Assembly (NCBI GenBank): GCA_965222115.1
Contig: CBDCTJ010000007.1
Location: 2,976,001-3,040,000 of the forward strand
DNA: 64,000 nt
Direction of reading: 5' to 3'
From: Planctomycetota bacterium
Lineage (GTDB): Bacteria; Planctomycetota; PLA2; JAEUHO01
A model generated the notes under the pieces. The model made no database searches. It worked only from the letters and a program-made list of their open reading frames with translations, and was not told where the DNA came from. Shown one piece after another: positions 9,010 through 19,214 of this stretch. Position 1 is the stretch's first letter. The number at the start of each line of letters is the position of its first letter. Both the position numbers and the translations under genes were made by a program.

Positions 9010-9118
9010 GTTGCCCTGTACCCCCATGTTGTCCTGTACCCATGGTGCTTTGTACTCTACTTTCCAAGGCAGGTCGAAGGCCGCGCTTCCGACCGCCACC
9101 CGGCGGATTCAATCAAGA

Positions 9119-9194
9119 TGGCACGGCAGGAAGGACTTGAACCCTCAACCTGCTGATTTGGAATCAGCTGCTCTGCCAATTGAGCTACTGCCGT
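9119..9194 (-). tRNA. tRNA-Trp(CCA)
   Basis: Cloverleaf ACGGCAGTAGCTCAATTGG...GCTGA-TTCCAAA-TCAGC...GGTTCAAGTCC...GCCA. Confidence 0.97.
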
Positions 9195-9214
9195 TTCCGA
9201 TAACTGCGATTCAC

Positions 9215-9388
9215 CTACTTCTTCTTCGATTCCTTATGAATCGTGTGTTTGCGAAGTCGAGGGCAATACTTCTTGAGCTCCAGTTTGTACGGATTGCCCT
9301 TGATGCGCTTTTGAACGCGATAGTTCAAATCGCCGGTTTCCGTACACTGAAGCCAGACATACCCGCGGGCGGCGTTGCTCTTTGCCAT
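9215..9388 (-). CDS. rpmG: 50S ribosomal protein L33
   Basis: [11 protein letters not shown]...[18 protein letters not shown]. Confidence 0.97.
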   Translation of the reverse strand: MAKSNAARGYVWLQCTETGDLNYRVQKRIKGNPYKLELKKYCPRLRKHTIHKESKKK

Positions 9389-9520
9389 CGTTTCGGTCCT
9401 CGTGGTGTAGTTGACACGTGTAGTCAACGATTTGGGGCGAGCGGGCGCGACCACCCTCCCGCATCCCAAACGTACACGTTCCCGCGGCGTTCACCGCGGG
9501 CCGGTTTCATTGCGCGAGTT

Positions 9521-10729
9521 CTACTCCAGGATCTTCGTAATGGCGCCGGCACCCACCGTGCGGCCACCTTCGCGAATCGCAAAGCGCTGGCGCTCTTCGC
9601 AGGCCACAGGCTTATTGAGTTCGACCTGGATGGTGATGTTGTCACCGGGCATGCACATTTCGGCGCCGCCCTGGAGCATGATGGTGCCCGTGACGTCGGT
9701 CGTTCGCATATAGAACTGGGGACGATAGTTGTTGAAGAAGGGCGTGTGGCGTCCGCCTTCGTCCTTGCTCAACACATACACCTCAGCCTCGAACTTGGTG
9801 TGGGGATGAATCGAACCGGGCTTGCAGAGCACCATGCCGCGATCCAAAGCTTCCTTATCGACACCGCGAAGCAGCAGGCCCACGTTGTCGCCGGCTTGGC
9901 CGCTGTCGAGCGTCTTGTTGAACATTTCGACACCCGTGCAGGTCGTCTTCATGTTCTCTTCCATGAGTCCCACGATCTCGATCGGCTCACCGACCTTGAC
10001 CACGCCACGCTCGATACGACCGGTACCCACGGTGCCGCGACCCTTAATCGAGAACACGTCCTCGACAGGCATCAAGAAGGGCTTGTCGACGTCACGCTCG
10101 GGAATCGGGATGTAGCTGTCAACCGCTTCGAGCAGCTTGATGATAGAGCCAGCGCCCTGCTCATCGTCGTAGTCGCTGGGGTTGTTCATGGCCTTCAACG
10201 CCGAACCGCCAATGACAGGAATGTCGTCGCCGGGGAACTCGTACTCATTGAGCAACTCGCGCACTTCAAGCTCGACGAGTTCAAGCAACTCGGGGTCGTC
10301 CACGAGGTCAACCTTGTTGAGGAATACGACGATGGCCGGTACGCCCACCTGACGAGCAAGCAGGATGTGCTCTCGCGTCTGCGGCATGGGACCGTCGGCG
10401 GCGCTCACCACGAGAATCGCGCCGTCCATCTGGGCGGCACCCGTGATCATGTTCTTCACATAGTCGGCGTGACCGGGGCAGTCCACGTGAGCATAGTGAC
10501 GGTTTTCCGTCTCATATTCGACGTGTGCTGCTGCGATGGTCACCGTCTTAGAATCATCGCGAACCGTACCGCCCTTGGCGATGTCTTTGTAGGCCTTGGC
10601 CTTGGAGTGGCCCTTGGCTTCCATCACATACGTCAATGCCGCGGTAAGGGTTGTCTTGCCGTGGTCAACGTGACCGATGGTGCCGACGTTGACGTGCGGC
10701 TTGGTGCGTTCGAATACGTCCTTGGCCAT
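9521..10729 (-). CDS. tuf: Elongation factor Tu
   Basis: [31 protein letters not shown]. Confidence 0.99.
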   Translation of the reverse strand: MAKDVFERTKPHVNVGTIGHVDHGKTTLTAALTYVMEAKGHSKAKAYKDIAKGGTVRDDSKTVTIAAAHVEYETENRHYAHVDCPGHADYVKNMITGAAQMDGAILVVSAADGPMPQTREHILLARQVGVPAIVVFLNKVDLVDDPELLELVELEVRELLNEYEFPGDDIPVIGGSALKAMNNPSDYDDEQGAGSIIKLLEAVDSYIPIPERDVDKPFLMPVEDVFSIKGRGTVGTGRIERGVVKVGEPIEIVGLMEENMKTTCTGVEMFNKTLDSGQAGDNVGLLLRGVDKEALDRGMVLCKPGSIHPHTKFEAEVYVLSKDEGGRHTPFFNNYRPQFYMRTTDVTGTIMLQGGAEMCMPGDNITIQVELNKPVACEERQRFAIREGGRTVGAGAITKILE

Positions 10730-10941
10730 TTGAGGCACTCCTTGTTGGATCGCCGCCCGCACCCCATGTGCGACGGTGACCACCTATCAAAAAACTATTC
10801 AGAAGTCGAAACGACAACTGCATCGACGCCACTTGCGCAACCGCGCCAGAGACTCGAAAGTAACTCGTGACTCGAGGGTAACTCGTCCTTGGTGCCCACG
10901 ACTAGGTGCAGCCCAATGCTCACAGCAACTTTCCGTGGAGT

Positions 10942-11016
10942 TGGAGCTGGAGGCGGGGATTGAACCCGCGACCTCCTCCTTACCAAGGAGGTGCTCTACC
11001 ACTGAGCTACTCCAGC
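10942..11016 (-). tRNA. tRNA-Thr(GGT)
   Basis: Cloverleaf GCTGGAGTAGCTCAGTGG...CTCCTTGGTAAGGAG...GGTTCAATCC...CTCCA. Confidence 0.97.
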
Positions 11017-11081
11017 GCCGGTGATCCACGCTGCATACGCACCGTTCCCTGTACCGCACCGAGCAAACGGTGCTGAAACAA

Positions 11082-11155
11082 TGGAGCGGGCGATGGGAAT
11101 CGAACCCACGTCAGTAGCTTGGAAGGCTACAGCTCTACCATTGAGCTACGCCCGC
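11082..11155 (-). tRNA. tRNA-Gly(TCC)
   Basis: Cloverleaf GCGGGCGTAGCTCAATGG...GTAGCCTTCCAAGCTAC...GGTTCGATTCC...CTCCA. Confidence 0.97.
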
Positions 11156-11232
11156 GCACAGACATCGAGGCCCCGCCACCCATTGAGGGGGTTCCGACGC
11201 CTGAGCGCGAAAGCGCGAGCGCAAGGGGCGGA

Positions 11233-11260
11233 ATACTACGAAGGCAGGGCAGGGGGTCAA
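11233..11260 (-). promoter_or_regulatory. Sigma-70 promoter for the tRNA-Gly/Thr-tuf operon
   Basis: TTGACC-N16-TAGTAT followed by a GC-rich discriminator, about 80 bp upstream of tRNA-Gly. Confidence 0.65.
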
Positions 11261-11324
11261 CAATTCCTGCCCCGGACGCGCTAGATTCGACGCCGCGCCT
11301 TCAGCGATCCCGCAAGGGACGGCG

Positions 11325-11492
11325 CTACTGCAATTCGCGAATCAGCAGATAGCTCCCGACGCTCGCCGCCAAACTCAAAGCCAGATTAGGGATGGCACCG
11401 GCGCCGGGCAGCTTGGGGGCGCATCCCTGCAGCGGAGCCGCCAAAAAAACAACCATCAGGGCGGCCGCCAATCCCTTGCGTGTGCGCTTCAT
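11325..11492 (-). CDS. Small lipoprotein (55 aa)
   Basis: Basic N-terminus, hydrophobic stretch, lipobox LQGC, second hydrophobic helix; GGAG RBS. Confidence 0.6.
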   Translation of the reverse strand: MKRTRKGLAAALMVVFLAAPLQGCAPKLPGAGAIPNLALSLAASVGSYLLIRELQ

Positions 11493-11699
11493 GCATCGGA
11501 CTCCCATGTGCCTTCCGACCCGTGAATACCTAACTTCCACCCCCGTGTCCAATGTTGTGCGCGCTTTCACGCGCTTCTTGGCCTCCTTGCCCGCCAATCC
11601 GACCGGTTTGTGGGCGTAGATCCCCGTCGAATCATGGGCTTGAGGCGGCGAGCCGCGCGAAATGCGGTGGCGGTCTCACGGTCGGTGCATAGTGCCAGC

Positions 11700-12413
11700 A
11701 TGAAGGACTACCAGAGCGCATTCATTGACTTCTTGTGGGACGCAGGTGCCCTCAAAATCGGCGAGTTTCAACTGAAGAGTGGCCGCATATCGCCGCTCTA
11801 TCTCAATACGGGCCTGCTCGACTCGGGCAAGAGCCTCATTCACCTTGGACGCGGCTATGCGGCCACACTTGCAGGTGAAGTGGGCGCCGACGCCTTTGAT
11901 GTGGTCTTTGGACCCGCATACAAAGGCATCCCGCTTGCCGTCGCAACCGCCATGGGCCTAGCCGAGCTCGATATGGATAAGGCGTTTCTTGCGGATCGAA
12001 AGGAAGCCAAGGTGCACGGCGCCGAAGCTGCGGGCGGAAGTGTGGGCAAGCGGCTTTTGGGACGGCCACCCAACGACGATGCCCGCTTTGTGCTTGTGGA
12101 CGACGTGCTCACAGACGGAGCGACGAAGCGAGAAGCGGTTGCGCTGCTGAAAGAAATCGCTCCCAAGTGCACGGTTGCCGCCCTGCTAATCGTACTGGAC
12201 CGACAGGAGACGCTTCCCGACGGCCGCAATGCCGTTTCTGACTTCGCCGAGAAAACCGGTGTGCGCGTGATTCCCGTCGTAACCACAGGACACGTCGTGG
12301 AGCACCTGCGCGCCACGGACCGCCTATCGGACGACGACCTGAAGCGCATACGGGCCTACTGGACCGAGTACGGCACCAGCATGGCAAAGACCTGGGTTTC
12401 GGCGATTTCGTGA
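11700..12413 (+). CDS. pyrE: Orotate phosphoribosyltransferase
   Basis: GEFQLKSGRISPLY, FGPAYKGIP, DRKEAKVHG, PRPP-binding VLVDDVLTDG. Confidence 0.95.
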   Translation: MKDYQSAFIDFLWDAGALKIGEFQLKSGRISPLYLNTGLLDSGKSLIHLGRGYAATLAGEVGADAFDVVFGPAYKGIPLAVATAMGLAELDMDKAFLADRKEAKVHGAEAAGGSVGKRLLGRPPNDDARFVLVDDVLTDGATKREAVALLKEIAPKCTVAALLIVLDRQETLPDGRNAVSDFAEKTGVRVIPVVTTGHVVEHLRATDRLSDDDLKRIRAYWTEYGTSMAKTWVSAIS

Positions 12414-12946
12414 ACAAACCAAGCAAGACGTTTGCCGGCTACGCGGCAGTTGAATTTCTACGCCGAATCTCCGAACGCGCCGGTTCCTACGTCGGCGAGG
12501 GCACCAATCACGAAGGGGACACGTTTCGTGGATCGATGGTGATTGAACCAACAGCAAGCCGCGTCGGTGTTCGATTGACCTACATCGCCAAGGGTACCGC
12601 CGGTGCGTACGAAGGCGTTGTCTTGCATGTGGAAGACGCGTTGCTCGCGCCCCAGGGAAGTGAATCGATGATGCTTTGCAGCGTGCATAGCAATGCGAAA
12701 TCGTTGATTGTGCATCCTGCCACTGTCGTCGAAGAACGCGACACGTCGTGGGTTGCCATCTTTGACTCCGGCCCACCGGATACGCCGGGAGGCCTGCACG
12801 AGCGGATTCATATCACTTTGTGGAGAAATGGCGACGTGAGCTACGACTACGAGTGGGCCGTGGGCGAAATGAACATGGCAATGCGTTCACATGTAAGGAT
12901 GCCTCCCGCGCACTCTCACCCACCCTTATCCGAAGCTGAATCTTAA
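12410..12946 (+). CDS. Hypothetical protein
   Basis: 178-aa ORF overlapping the pyrE stop (GTGA); beta-rich, no family recognised. Confidence 0.6.
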   Translation: MNKPSKTFAGYAAVEFLRRISERAGSYVGEGTNHEGDTFRGSMVIEPTASRVGVRLTYIAKGTAGAYEGVVLHVEDALLAPQGSESMMLCSVHSNAKSLIVHPATVVEERDTSWVAIFDSGPPDTPGGLHERIHITLWRNGDVSYDYEWAVGEMNMAMRSHVRMPPAHSHPPLSEAES

Positions 12947-12954
12947 TCCTTCGC
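12928..12954 (+). repeat. 27-bp dispersed repeat, copy 1
   Basis: ATCCGAAGCTGAATCTTAATCCTTCGC is identical to the reverse complement of 63709-63735. Confidence 0.85.
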
Positions 12955-13232
12955 CCAATCTGAATTCTTGACTCCGACTACATCCACTTGCATGCAGTGA
13001 CATCGGGGGTCGTCAAAAAACGCATTTGAGTACTCGACTTCGTTTCAGCGTGCGTTTGACCGCAAACACGATGCTTGAAGCCCATACAGCGCCCCGCGTC
13101 ATGCTCGCCCCCAACGGGTGCAGAGTTTTCAATTTCCTTGCGCCCAGGCCTCTCTAGACAAGGTGAATAAGAACAGGAACGGGTAGGGAGAAGGAAACAG
13201 ATTAAGATGCAGAAGAGGGATGTTGGCGAGGT

Positions 13233-14870
13233 CTATCGCCCGCCGGTGAATACGCGATCGTAGCGGTAGTACACCTCGAGACACATGGCCATAAGCGCGG
13301 TGGAGTACACACGACCACCATCCGCGCCCCACGGTCCAATCGGATCCCATGAACCCTTGTACTGACAATAGTCCGTATCTCTTCGCTGCGACTGAATCAT
13401 GGAAGCGTCCATTGCACGTGACCAATCCCGCCACACGTTGCCGTCGCATTGAAACGCTGCCAGTGTTCCGTAGTACCAATAGTACATGTCGATGGATCCG
13501 TCCTTGGGGTTCCACGTAGGCAAACACCTAGCCATGAGCTCTGCGCCCAAACGAATGGATTTGCTCTTCTTCGGGTCTTCGCCTGAAAAGATGCGCGCTA
13601 GCACGCCCACCGCCGTGGTGGACTCAGTTTTCTCCACCGGGAAGCGGTCTTGCATTTCGGGTGCGCGCGCCGAGCCGCCGCCGCGTGTAATGTAGCCCAC
13701 ACGACCGGTGTCCGGATCGGTCATCTTATCGAGCCACGCGGTAACCCCTTCAAACGACGACTCGTCAATGACGAGTGGTGCTGCCATGCCACGCTTAATT
13801 GCGGTCTTGTTTAGGATGCTGGCACTTTTGAGCGCCATCATCATCCAGCCGGTTACTGAGGTGTCGTTTTGACCCGAACGGATGCCGTAGCGCCACGCAA
13901 AGTATGGATTTCTCGTAAGCGCAATAAAGTCCAAAGCGCGCTGTGCAGCACTCTTGTAGATCGCGCTACCGGTCATGGCATACGCCTCGACAATCGCCAG
14001 TGACGCCGTGGCGTGGTTGTAGATGTAGTGCGACGAGCTGCGCGGTCCGAAACAACCCTCAGCATCTTGGACCTTCTTGAGCCAACGAAGTCCGCGGCCC
14101 ACGACGCGCGCGAATTTGGATTTACCTCGATGGGTGTAACCGGCACCAAGGAATGCGCATAGTGCTGTGCCGGTAACGCCAACGTCGTACATGGCCTTGC
14201 CCTTGCCACCGGGGCCGTTGTCTACGCGTTTTCCGTCGCACCAGTCACCAAACCCTGCAGCTTCCCAGCGACCATCAGGCGATTGATGTGCGGCCAACCA
14301 CTCAAGTGCGTCGTCTAGGGCATCATTGAATCGCTTGCGCTGCCCCCTTCCGCCACCGGCCTCACCGTCACCCCCACGGCCGCGTCGGCCGAGCGTCCCT
14401 GTACCTGCGCCAATACCAATGATGGCGCGATCGGCATTGGGATTGATGGCCTCGCCTTGCGTTGCCATAGCGTCGTCCACTTCACCGAATGTTTCATCAA
14501 ACGGTTCATCCACATCGGCTTCTGGCGGATTCTCATTTGGATTTTCGGCAATGATCGGATCTTCGCTCTTCACATCGTCCACGGGCAGATCAACCGGCTC
14601 ATCGTCTTGATTGTCTTCAGGTGTCACGTATTCGGGCGGCGTTTCGACATGAACGGTCTGCGATGCGGGTGGCGGTACATTGTCGCTCCCATTCGCACCA
14701 AGCAACATGAGCACAAAGAATGCGAGTACGTGCAATGCAATACTCACCATCCACCAGGGACTATTACGAAGTGCGAGGTAGAGTTGCTCATCAAAATTGG
14801 ATTCGCCAAACGGCGATGCCGCGCGAACTGAGGCGACGGCATAGGGGCGTGACCTACTTGGACCGGTCAT
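13233..14870 (-). CDS. Prenyltransferase/squalene-oxidase repeat-containing membrane protein
   Basis: TM 'WWMVSIALH', acidic/Pro-rich linker, QW-like repeats (ALEWLAAHQSPDGRW, GLRWLKKVQDAEGCF), YYWYYGT, GGRVYSTA. Start at ATG 14870 behind GGAGG. Confidence 0.85.
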   Translation of the reverse strand: MTGPSRSRPYAVASVRAASPFGESNFDEQLYLALRNSPWWMVSIALHVLAFFVLMLLGANGSDNVPPPASQTVHVETPPEYVTPEDNQDDEPVDLPVDDVKSEDPIIAENPNENPPEADVDEPFDETFGEVDDAMATQGEAINPNADRAIIGIGAGTGTLGRRGRGGDGEAGGGRGQRKRFNDALDDALEWLAAHQSPDGRWEAAGFGDWCDGKRVDNGPGGKGKAMYDVGVTGTALCAFLGAGYTHRGKSKFARVVGRGLRWLKKVQDAEGCFGPRSSSHYIYNHATASLAIVEAYAMTGSAIYKSAAQRALDFIALTRNPYFAWRYGIRSGQNDTSVTGWMMMALKSASILNKTAIKRGMAAPLVIDESSFEGVTAWLDKMTDPDTGRVGYITRGGGSARAPEMQDRFPVEKTESTTAVGVLARIFSGEDPKKSKSIRLGAELMARCLPTWNPKDGSIDMYYWYYGTLAAFQCDGNVWRDWSRAMDASMIQSQRRDTDYCQYKGSWDPIGPWGADGGRVYSTALMAMCLEVYYRYDRVFTGGR

Positions 14871-15207
14871 GGTGTCCTCCTTATCGGCCCCCTTCGATCG
14901 TTCGTCGCCGATGAGAAATCGCCGACTGGACATCGCGAAGGGGCTCACATGGGGAGGGCCGGACGGTTCGATACGAGGACCCGGACGCCACGATGCGACG
15001 GCACCACAATGCAACGCCAACGAATCGCGACACCAACGAATCTCGATCGAAAGGGAACGGTCAAGGCCTCAGCGGCACAGTTGAGGGCCATTCGAAAGGC
15101 ATAAACGGACGGATTTTGAATCGGTTCACGCATGGCCTCGCGCCGCACCAGCGCGGGGCTACGATGTTCGCGCGCGCCGCCTTCCTCTCGGCACAGGAGC
15201 TCTCGTT

Positions 15208-18200
15208 ATGTTGGCAACCGTTCGCATGCTGCTGGGATTCGTCGTAGGCCTATGCGTCACGCTATCGATTGCGCCTTTGGAGGCATCCCCAAAGCAGTCC
15301 GATGCGTCGGCGCGAAATCCCGATCACGTCGCGCCCTGGGACGCCGTGACCTTTACGCCGAAGGGCATGGTGGTGCACGTAGGCGGCCGCTGGTATCACC
15401 TGGTTTCGCTCGAAGGCGTAGAGACAAAGCACCTCATTGCCGCGAGCCAACAACTTTATAAGACTGCATGGAAGGATGGGTTACGTGCCCGAATCGTGCC
15501 CGTGTTACGTCGGCTAGGGAAAGCGCCTCGCAAATGGGTGTCCATGCAAGGCATTCACATTCCCAGCAAGAAACTCACCCGTCTTCGAGGCGTCGCGCTC
15601 ACGCGCTTCAATTACGACGCGGTAAAACGCAGGGCCAATGCTGCTGCTGCTCCAACCAAACAACGGGCGCCCGCCGTAAATGAGCAGCCAGGTACGCCAG
15701 TCAAAGAACCCCCAGAGGTGGTTCCCCCCCGCGCCGACAATCAACCATCGACAAAGTCGGTGCCGAACGGGGCAAAGCCAGTAGCGCAACCGCTTCCAAG
15801 CGATCCGACCGATGTGCCAACGTCGAGTCCTACAAAGCCTACGCCATCGCTAAACTCAGCGGACGAACCGGGACTTGTGGCAGAAACGCCACCTCATCGC
15901 GTACCCGAGGCAGGACAAAGCGCACCCGACCATGCTCCGGGTAAGGCAAAAGATTCAGAATCGGCGTCCGGGCATGCGCCACGAGCGCCCTGGGAAGCGG
16001 TTTACTTCCCACCTGGCACACGTGAGATCCACGTAAAGCTGGGCGACAGTTGGTCACGATTGCTCAAGCTCAACAATGTGAAGGCGCTCCACCTTGTTAT
16101 GACGGCGCAAAATCATTTCGGCGCCGCCTGGCAAGAAAACATCGCAACAAACTTGGACGGCCTCCTTGAAACAATGAATCGCCGACCCGGGAACAGCGTG
16201 CGTCTTGAGCTTTCCCCGCTTGACACAACGGCAGGGGCCGGCGTTGATACGCGGACAGTTTCCATGAACACAGACCGCGGTGCGCACACAGCATCGGCAT
16301 GGCACACGCACGGAAACAAGGCGCCGGCCATCGCCCCGTCCGAAGCATCACCACCCGAGTCGGAATCATCGACGGTGGCAACGGACACGATGACAACAAA
16401 TACAACGACGAAGCAACGTGCGCCCTGGGATGCCGTTGTGTGGGATACACAGAAGGACGGAAGCGACCGGATGCGCGTCCGCATCTCTGACTCTTGGTTT
16501 CATGCCGATCGCATCGACGGCGTGAAACTTGTCAACATCATTGCCGAGGCCAAGTCGCGTCACGGAACCGCATGGAAGACCGCCGTGGAAGAACGCCTGG
16601 ATGAGTTGGTCGCCACCCTAGGCACACCACTCGGCGCAAGTGTGACCGTAGACGTGCGCGCATTTAGCTCAGGTTCTCCCTATTCCCTCGATGTACCGCA
16701 CACGGCCGAAAACGTTGCACGTGTTGTCGCCGCGCGAAACTCGGCGCCGCGCACCGACAACCCCAATTCGTCACCCCCTGAGTCTGAGCCGTCAAATAAG
16801 GTCGAGCCTTCACCACGTGGTTCCACCACCGAACAACCGGCACGCCTGGGCAGTGAATCGCCCACGCCCAATACTGCGAGCCGTGCGCCCGCCGCACCGG
16901 TCAATCAGGGCAACCAGGACGATCATCCGTCCCTAGACGATGTCCTGCCCACGTCAGCGCCCTCGGCAAAGAAACAAGACACGCTCTCCAGCAAACACTT
17001 GAAACAAGACATTCAAGCGCTCGTAGATTTGATTGAGTCAAACTACGTGGGCCATGCGCAACAGGCACAACAGGCCAAAGCATTGCTAATGGAGTTTTCC
17101 GATCGTATTCCGGCAGACGGCATGACCAAGTCGGAGCTCGCGGAGAGGATTCATCGTCATCTGGTGACGTCACTTCACGACGGAGTGAGTCACGTAGTGG
17201 ATATCGAACGCGAGTTGAGCGCGGCGGGCGACATCGACGTTCGCTTCTTGCGTGTCGGTAATGATGTCGCTGGCCTCATGGGGCGAGATGAAACGCCCCT
17301 GGGCCCCACCACCACGCCATTGATTCACGCCATAGACGGCGTACCCGTTTCGAAGTGGCTCAGCGCGTGCAACGCCCTTGCGCTAGGCGCAACCGATGCG
17401 GCGCGCATGTATCGTTCGGCAGGTTTGCTGAGACATATTGGTGCACTGCGCAAACGGGTCGTACCGTCAACTACGGAAAACCGCGTCACAATCTCGCTTC
17501 GCTCCGCCGATGGTCTTGAACGAAGCGAAGTCAAGTTGCCTCTACAATCAGGATCTTCACTTCGCTTCGGCGCCAACGCCGTGCGCGGCGCCCGTCTTAG
17601 CGGCGACATTGGGCACCTACGTATCGCCACCATGACCCAAGACGCACGTGACCGAGACGATTTGGAGCGCTGGCTAACGCGCCTAAAGGATGCACGCGGT
17701 CTCATTCTGGATCTCCGTGACACAACGGGCACGGGTCTTGCCTTTGTAGATCTGGTGATGGCTCGCGTTGCGGAGAAGAACGAGTCGTGGATTCCAATCG
17801 TCTCGCTTGCGGTGAGGCATTCGAGCGGCCAATCGGCCACGCCACTCGCCACAACGTTGCGCGCTTCCGGGTACCTCCCCGTTGGCGATGCATCCATGGC
17901 GCCATCGGATCGAAAGGCACTAGCGGCCTTAGTGGATCCCGTTGCAACGGAATCTTCGCTCGGGGAGCAGGCACGAAGTGCACGATTCGCGTATGTCTAT
18001 CGCGCGAACGCCAAAACCAAGCCAAACCGTTTTAACAAACCTATTGTGGTGCTAATCAACGCGGGCACGCAGGGAGCCGCCGAGGCATTGGTCGCGGCGC
18101 TTTCTAAGCGACCAAACGTAACCGTACTCGGTGAAGTCACCGCGGGGAGCTTCGCACTCACGACGCGCCATCGATTGCCCCACTCCGGCATCAAGGTCGA

Positions 18201-18354
18201 TCTGGCGGCTTCCATTGTGGTCGATGGTCAGGGTGTTCCGTTTGTTGGCAAGGGCCGTGTCCCCGACGTCGAGGCGCCCGCATCCTGGAAGGATGCACTG
18301 GATGAGGCCACCGACTCGCAGCTCTCGGCTGCCCGCGCACTCATCGTCAAATAG
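15208..18354 (+). CDS. Secreted S41-peptidase-like protein with three N-terminal repeat domains; catalytic Ser appears absent
   Basis: Signal peptide; three APW(D/E)AV domains; C-terminal IGHLRI, LILDLR, PIVVLIN.GTQGAAE, LGEVTAG and PDV motifs of S41. Confidence 0.8.
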   Translation: MLATVRMLLGFVVGLCVTLSIAPLEASPKQSDASARNPDHVAPWDAVTFTPKGMVVHVGGRWYHLVSLEGVETKHLIAASQQLYKTAWKDGLRARIVPVLRRLGKAPRKWVSMQGIHIPSKKLTRLRGVALTRFNYDAVKRRANAAAAPTKQRAPAVNEQPGTPVKEPPEVVPPRADNQPSTKSVPNGAKPVAQPLPSDPTDVPTSSPTKPTPSLNSADEPGLVAETPPHRVPEAGQSAPDHAPGKAKDSESASGHAPRAPWEAVYFPPGTREIHVKLGDSWSRLLKLNNVKALHLVMTAQNHFGAAWQENIATNLDGLLETMNRRPGNSVRLELSPLDTTAGAGVDTRTVSMNTDRGAHTASAWHTHGNKAPAIAPSEASPPESESSTVATDTMTTNTTTKQRAPWDAVVWDTQKDGSDRMRVRISDSWFHADRIDGVKLVNIIAEAKSRHGTAWKTAVEERLDELVATLGTPLGASVTVDVRAFSSGSPYSLDVPHTAENVARVVAARNSAPRTDNPNSSPPESEPSNKVEPSPRGSTTEQPARLGSESPTPNTASRAPAAPVNQGNQDDHPSLDDVLPTSAPSAKKQDTLSSKHLKQDIQALVDLIESNYVGHAQQAQQAKALLMEFSDRIPADGMTKSELAERIHRHLVTSLHDGVSHVVDIERELSAAGDIDVRFLRVGNDVAGLMGRDETPLGPTTTPLIHAIDGVPVSKWLSACNALALGATDAARMYRSAGLLRHIGALRKRVVPSTTENRVTISLRSADGLERSEVKLPLQSGSSLRFGANAVRGARLSGDIGHLRIATMTQDARDRDDLERWLTRLKDARGLILDLRDTTGTGLAFVDLVMARVAEKNESWIPIVSLAVRHSSGQSATPLATTLRASGYLPVGDASMAPSDRKALAALVDPVATESSLGEQARSARFAYVYRANAKTKPNRFNKPIVVLINAGTQGAAEALVAALSKRPNVTVLGEVTAGSFALTTRHRLPHSGIKVDLAASIVVDGQGVPFVGKGRVPDVEAPASWKDALDEATDSQLSAARALIVK

Positions 18355-18449
18355 TGCCACCTGCTGTCCAACTCCCACTTCACGCGATTTTTACATTCGG
18401 GCGTGACGTGCTGCTTGCGCGACCGTCAATCGAGCGAGATGCTACGCAC

Positions 18450-19187
18450 ATGAAACAACAGGCGGCCGCAATGGTTGATCGACCCTCCTCCTTAAATGCC
18501 GGCCGGATCCTTATCGTGGAAGACGAAGGTGATCTTCGCGAAATTGTGGCCTACAACCTCACGAAGGAACGCTTTCGTGTGTTTACGGCCGCCAACGGCA
18601 AGGAAGCCATTGATCAGCTAAGTCGATCGCGCCCGGATCTCATCCTGCTCGATCTCATGCTTCCCGATACGGATGGCTACGACCTCTGCCGTCGCATTCG
18701 TCAATCGGCCGATCAACACGACATTCCCATCATCATGGTTACGGCCCGCACGGAAGAATCCGACGTGCTCCTTGGTCTTGGATTGGGTGCCGACGACTAC
18801 ATCACCAAACCCTTTCGCGTTCGCGAGCTGGTGGCGCGCGTCAAGGCCGTTCTCCGACGCCATTCGACCAAAGGCGACGCCGACGACGCTAAGACGCTTC
18901 GGTTCGAGTCCTTGACCATTGACCCCTCCCAGCACGAAGTTCTTGTGCACGGTGAGCGAGCACACTTCACAGCCACCGAGTTTCGGCTCCTTCATTTTAT
19001 GGCCCGCAAACCGGGTCACGTGTGGACGCGCGACGAACTCCTGCGTTACGTACTTGGCGACGACTCGCTGCTCAGCGGACGCAATATCGACGTGCATGTG
19101 CGTGCCATCCGCAAGAAGCTTGGTACACTTCGAGGTGCCATCGAAACCGTTCGTGGGGTAGGCTATCGGTTCCGACCTCAATCGTAG
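18450..19187 (+). CDS. phoB: Phosphate regulon response regulator (OmpR/PhoB family)
   Basis: REC domain (ILIVEDE, LLDLMLP, GADDYITKPF) plus winged helix (IETVRGVGY); adjacent to phoR, phoU and pst. Start may be 18471. Confidence 0.85.
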   Translation: MKQQAAAMVDRPSSLNAGRILIVEDEGDLREIVAYNLTKERFRVFTAANGKEAIDQLSRSRPDLILLDLMLPDTDGYDLCRRIRQSADQHDIPIIMVTARTEESDVLLGLGLGADDYITKPFRVRELVARVKAVLRRHSTKGDADDAKTLRFESLTIDPSQHEVLVHGERAHFTATEFRLLHFMARKPGHVWTRDELLRYVLGDDSLLSGRNIDVHVRAIRKKLGTLRGAIETVRGVGYRFRPQS

Positions 19188-19214
19188 GGCTGGGCGTCGG
19201 CTCGAGGAACCGTC

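Noticed and set aside
6955-10870. Long + strand ORFs (530 aa at 6955-8547; 620 aa at 9008-10870)
   Set aside because: Antisense shadows of rplK/nusG and tuf/rpmG caused by high-GC codon bias; no recognisable motifs.
18379-18394. Pho-box-like TTCAC-N6-TTTAC upstream of phoB (and a weaker TTTAC-N6-TTCGC upstream of pstS near 30220-30236)
   Set aside because: Spacing fits, but the half-sites are too short and degenerate to distinguish from chance without a lineage-specific matrix.
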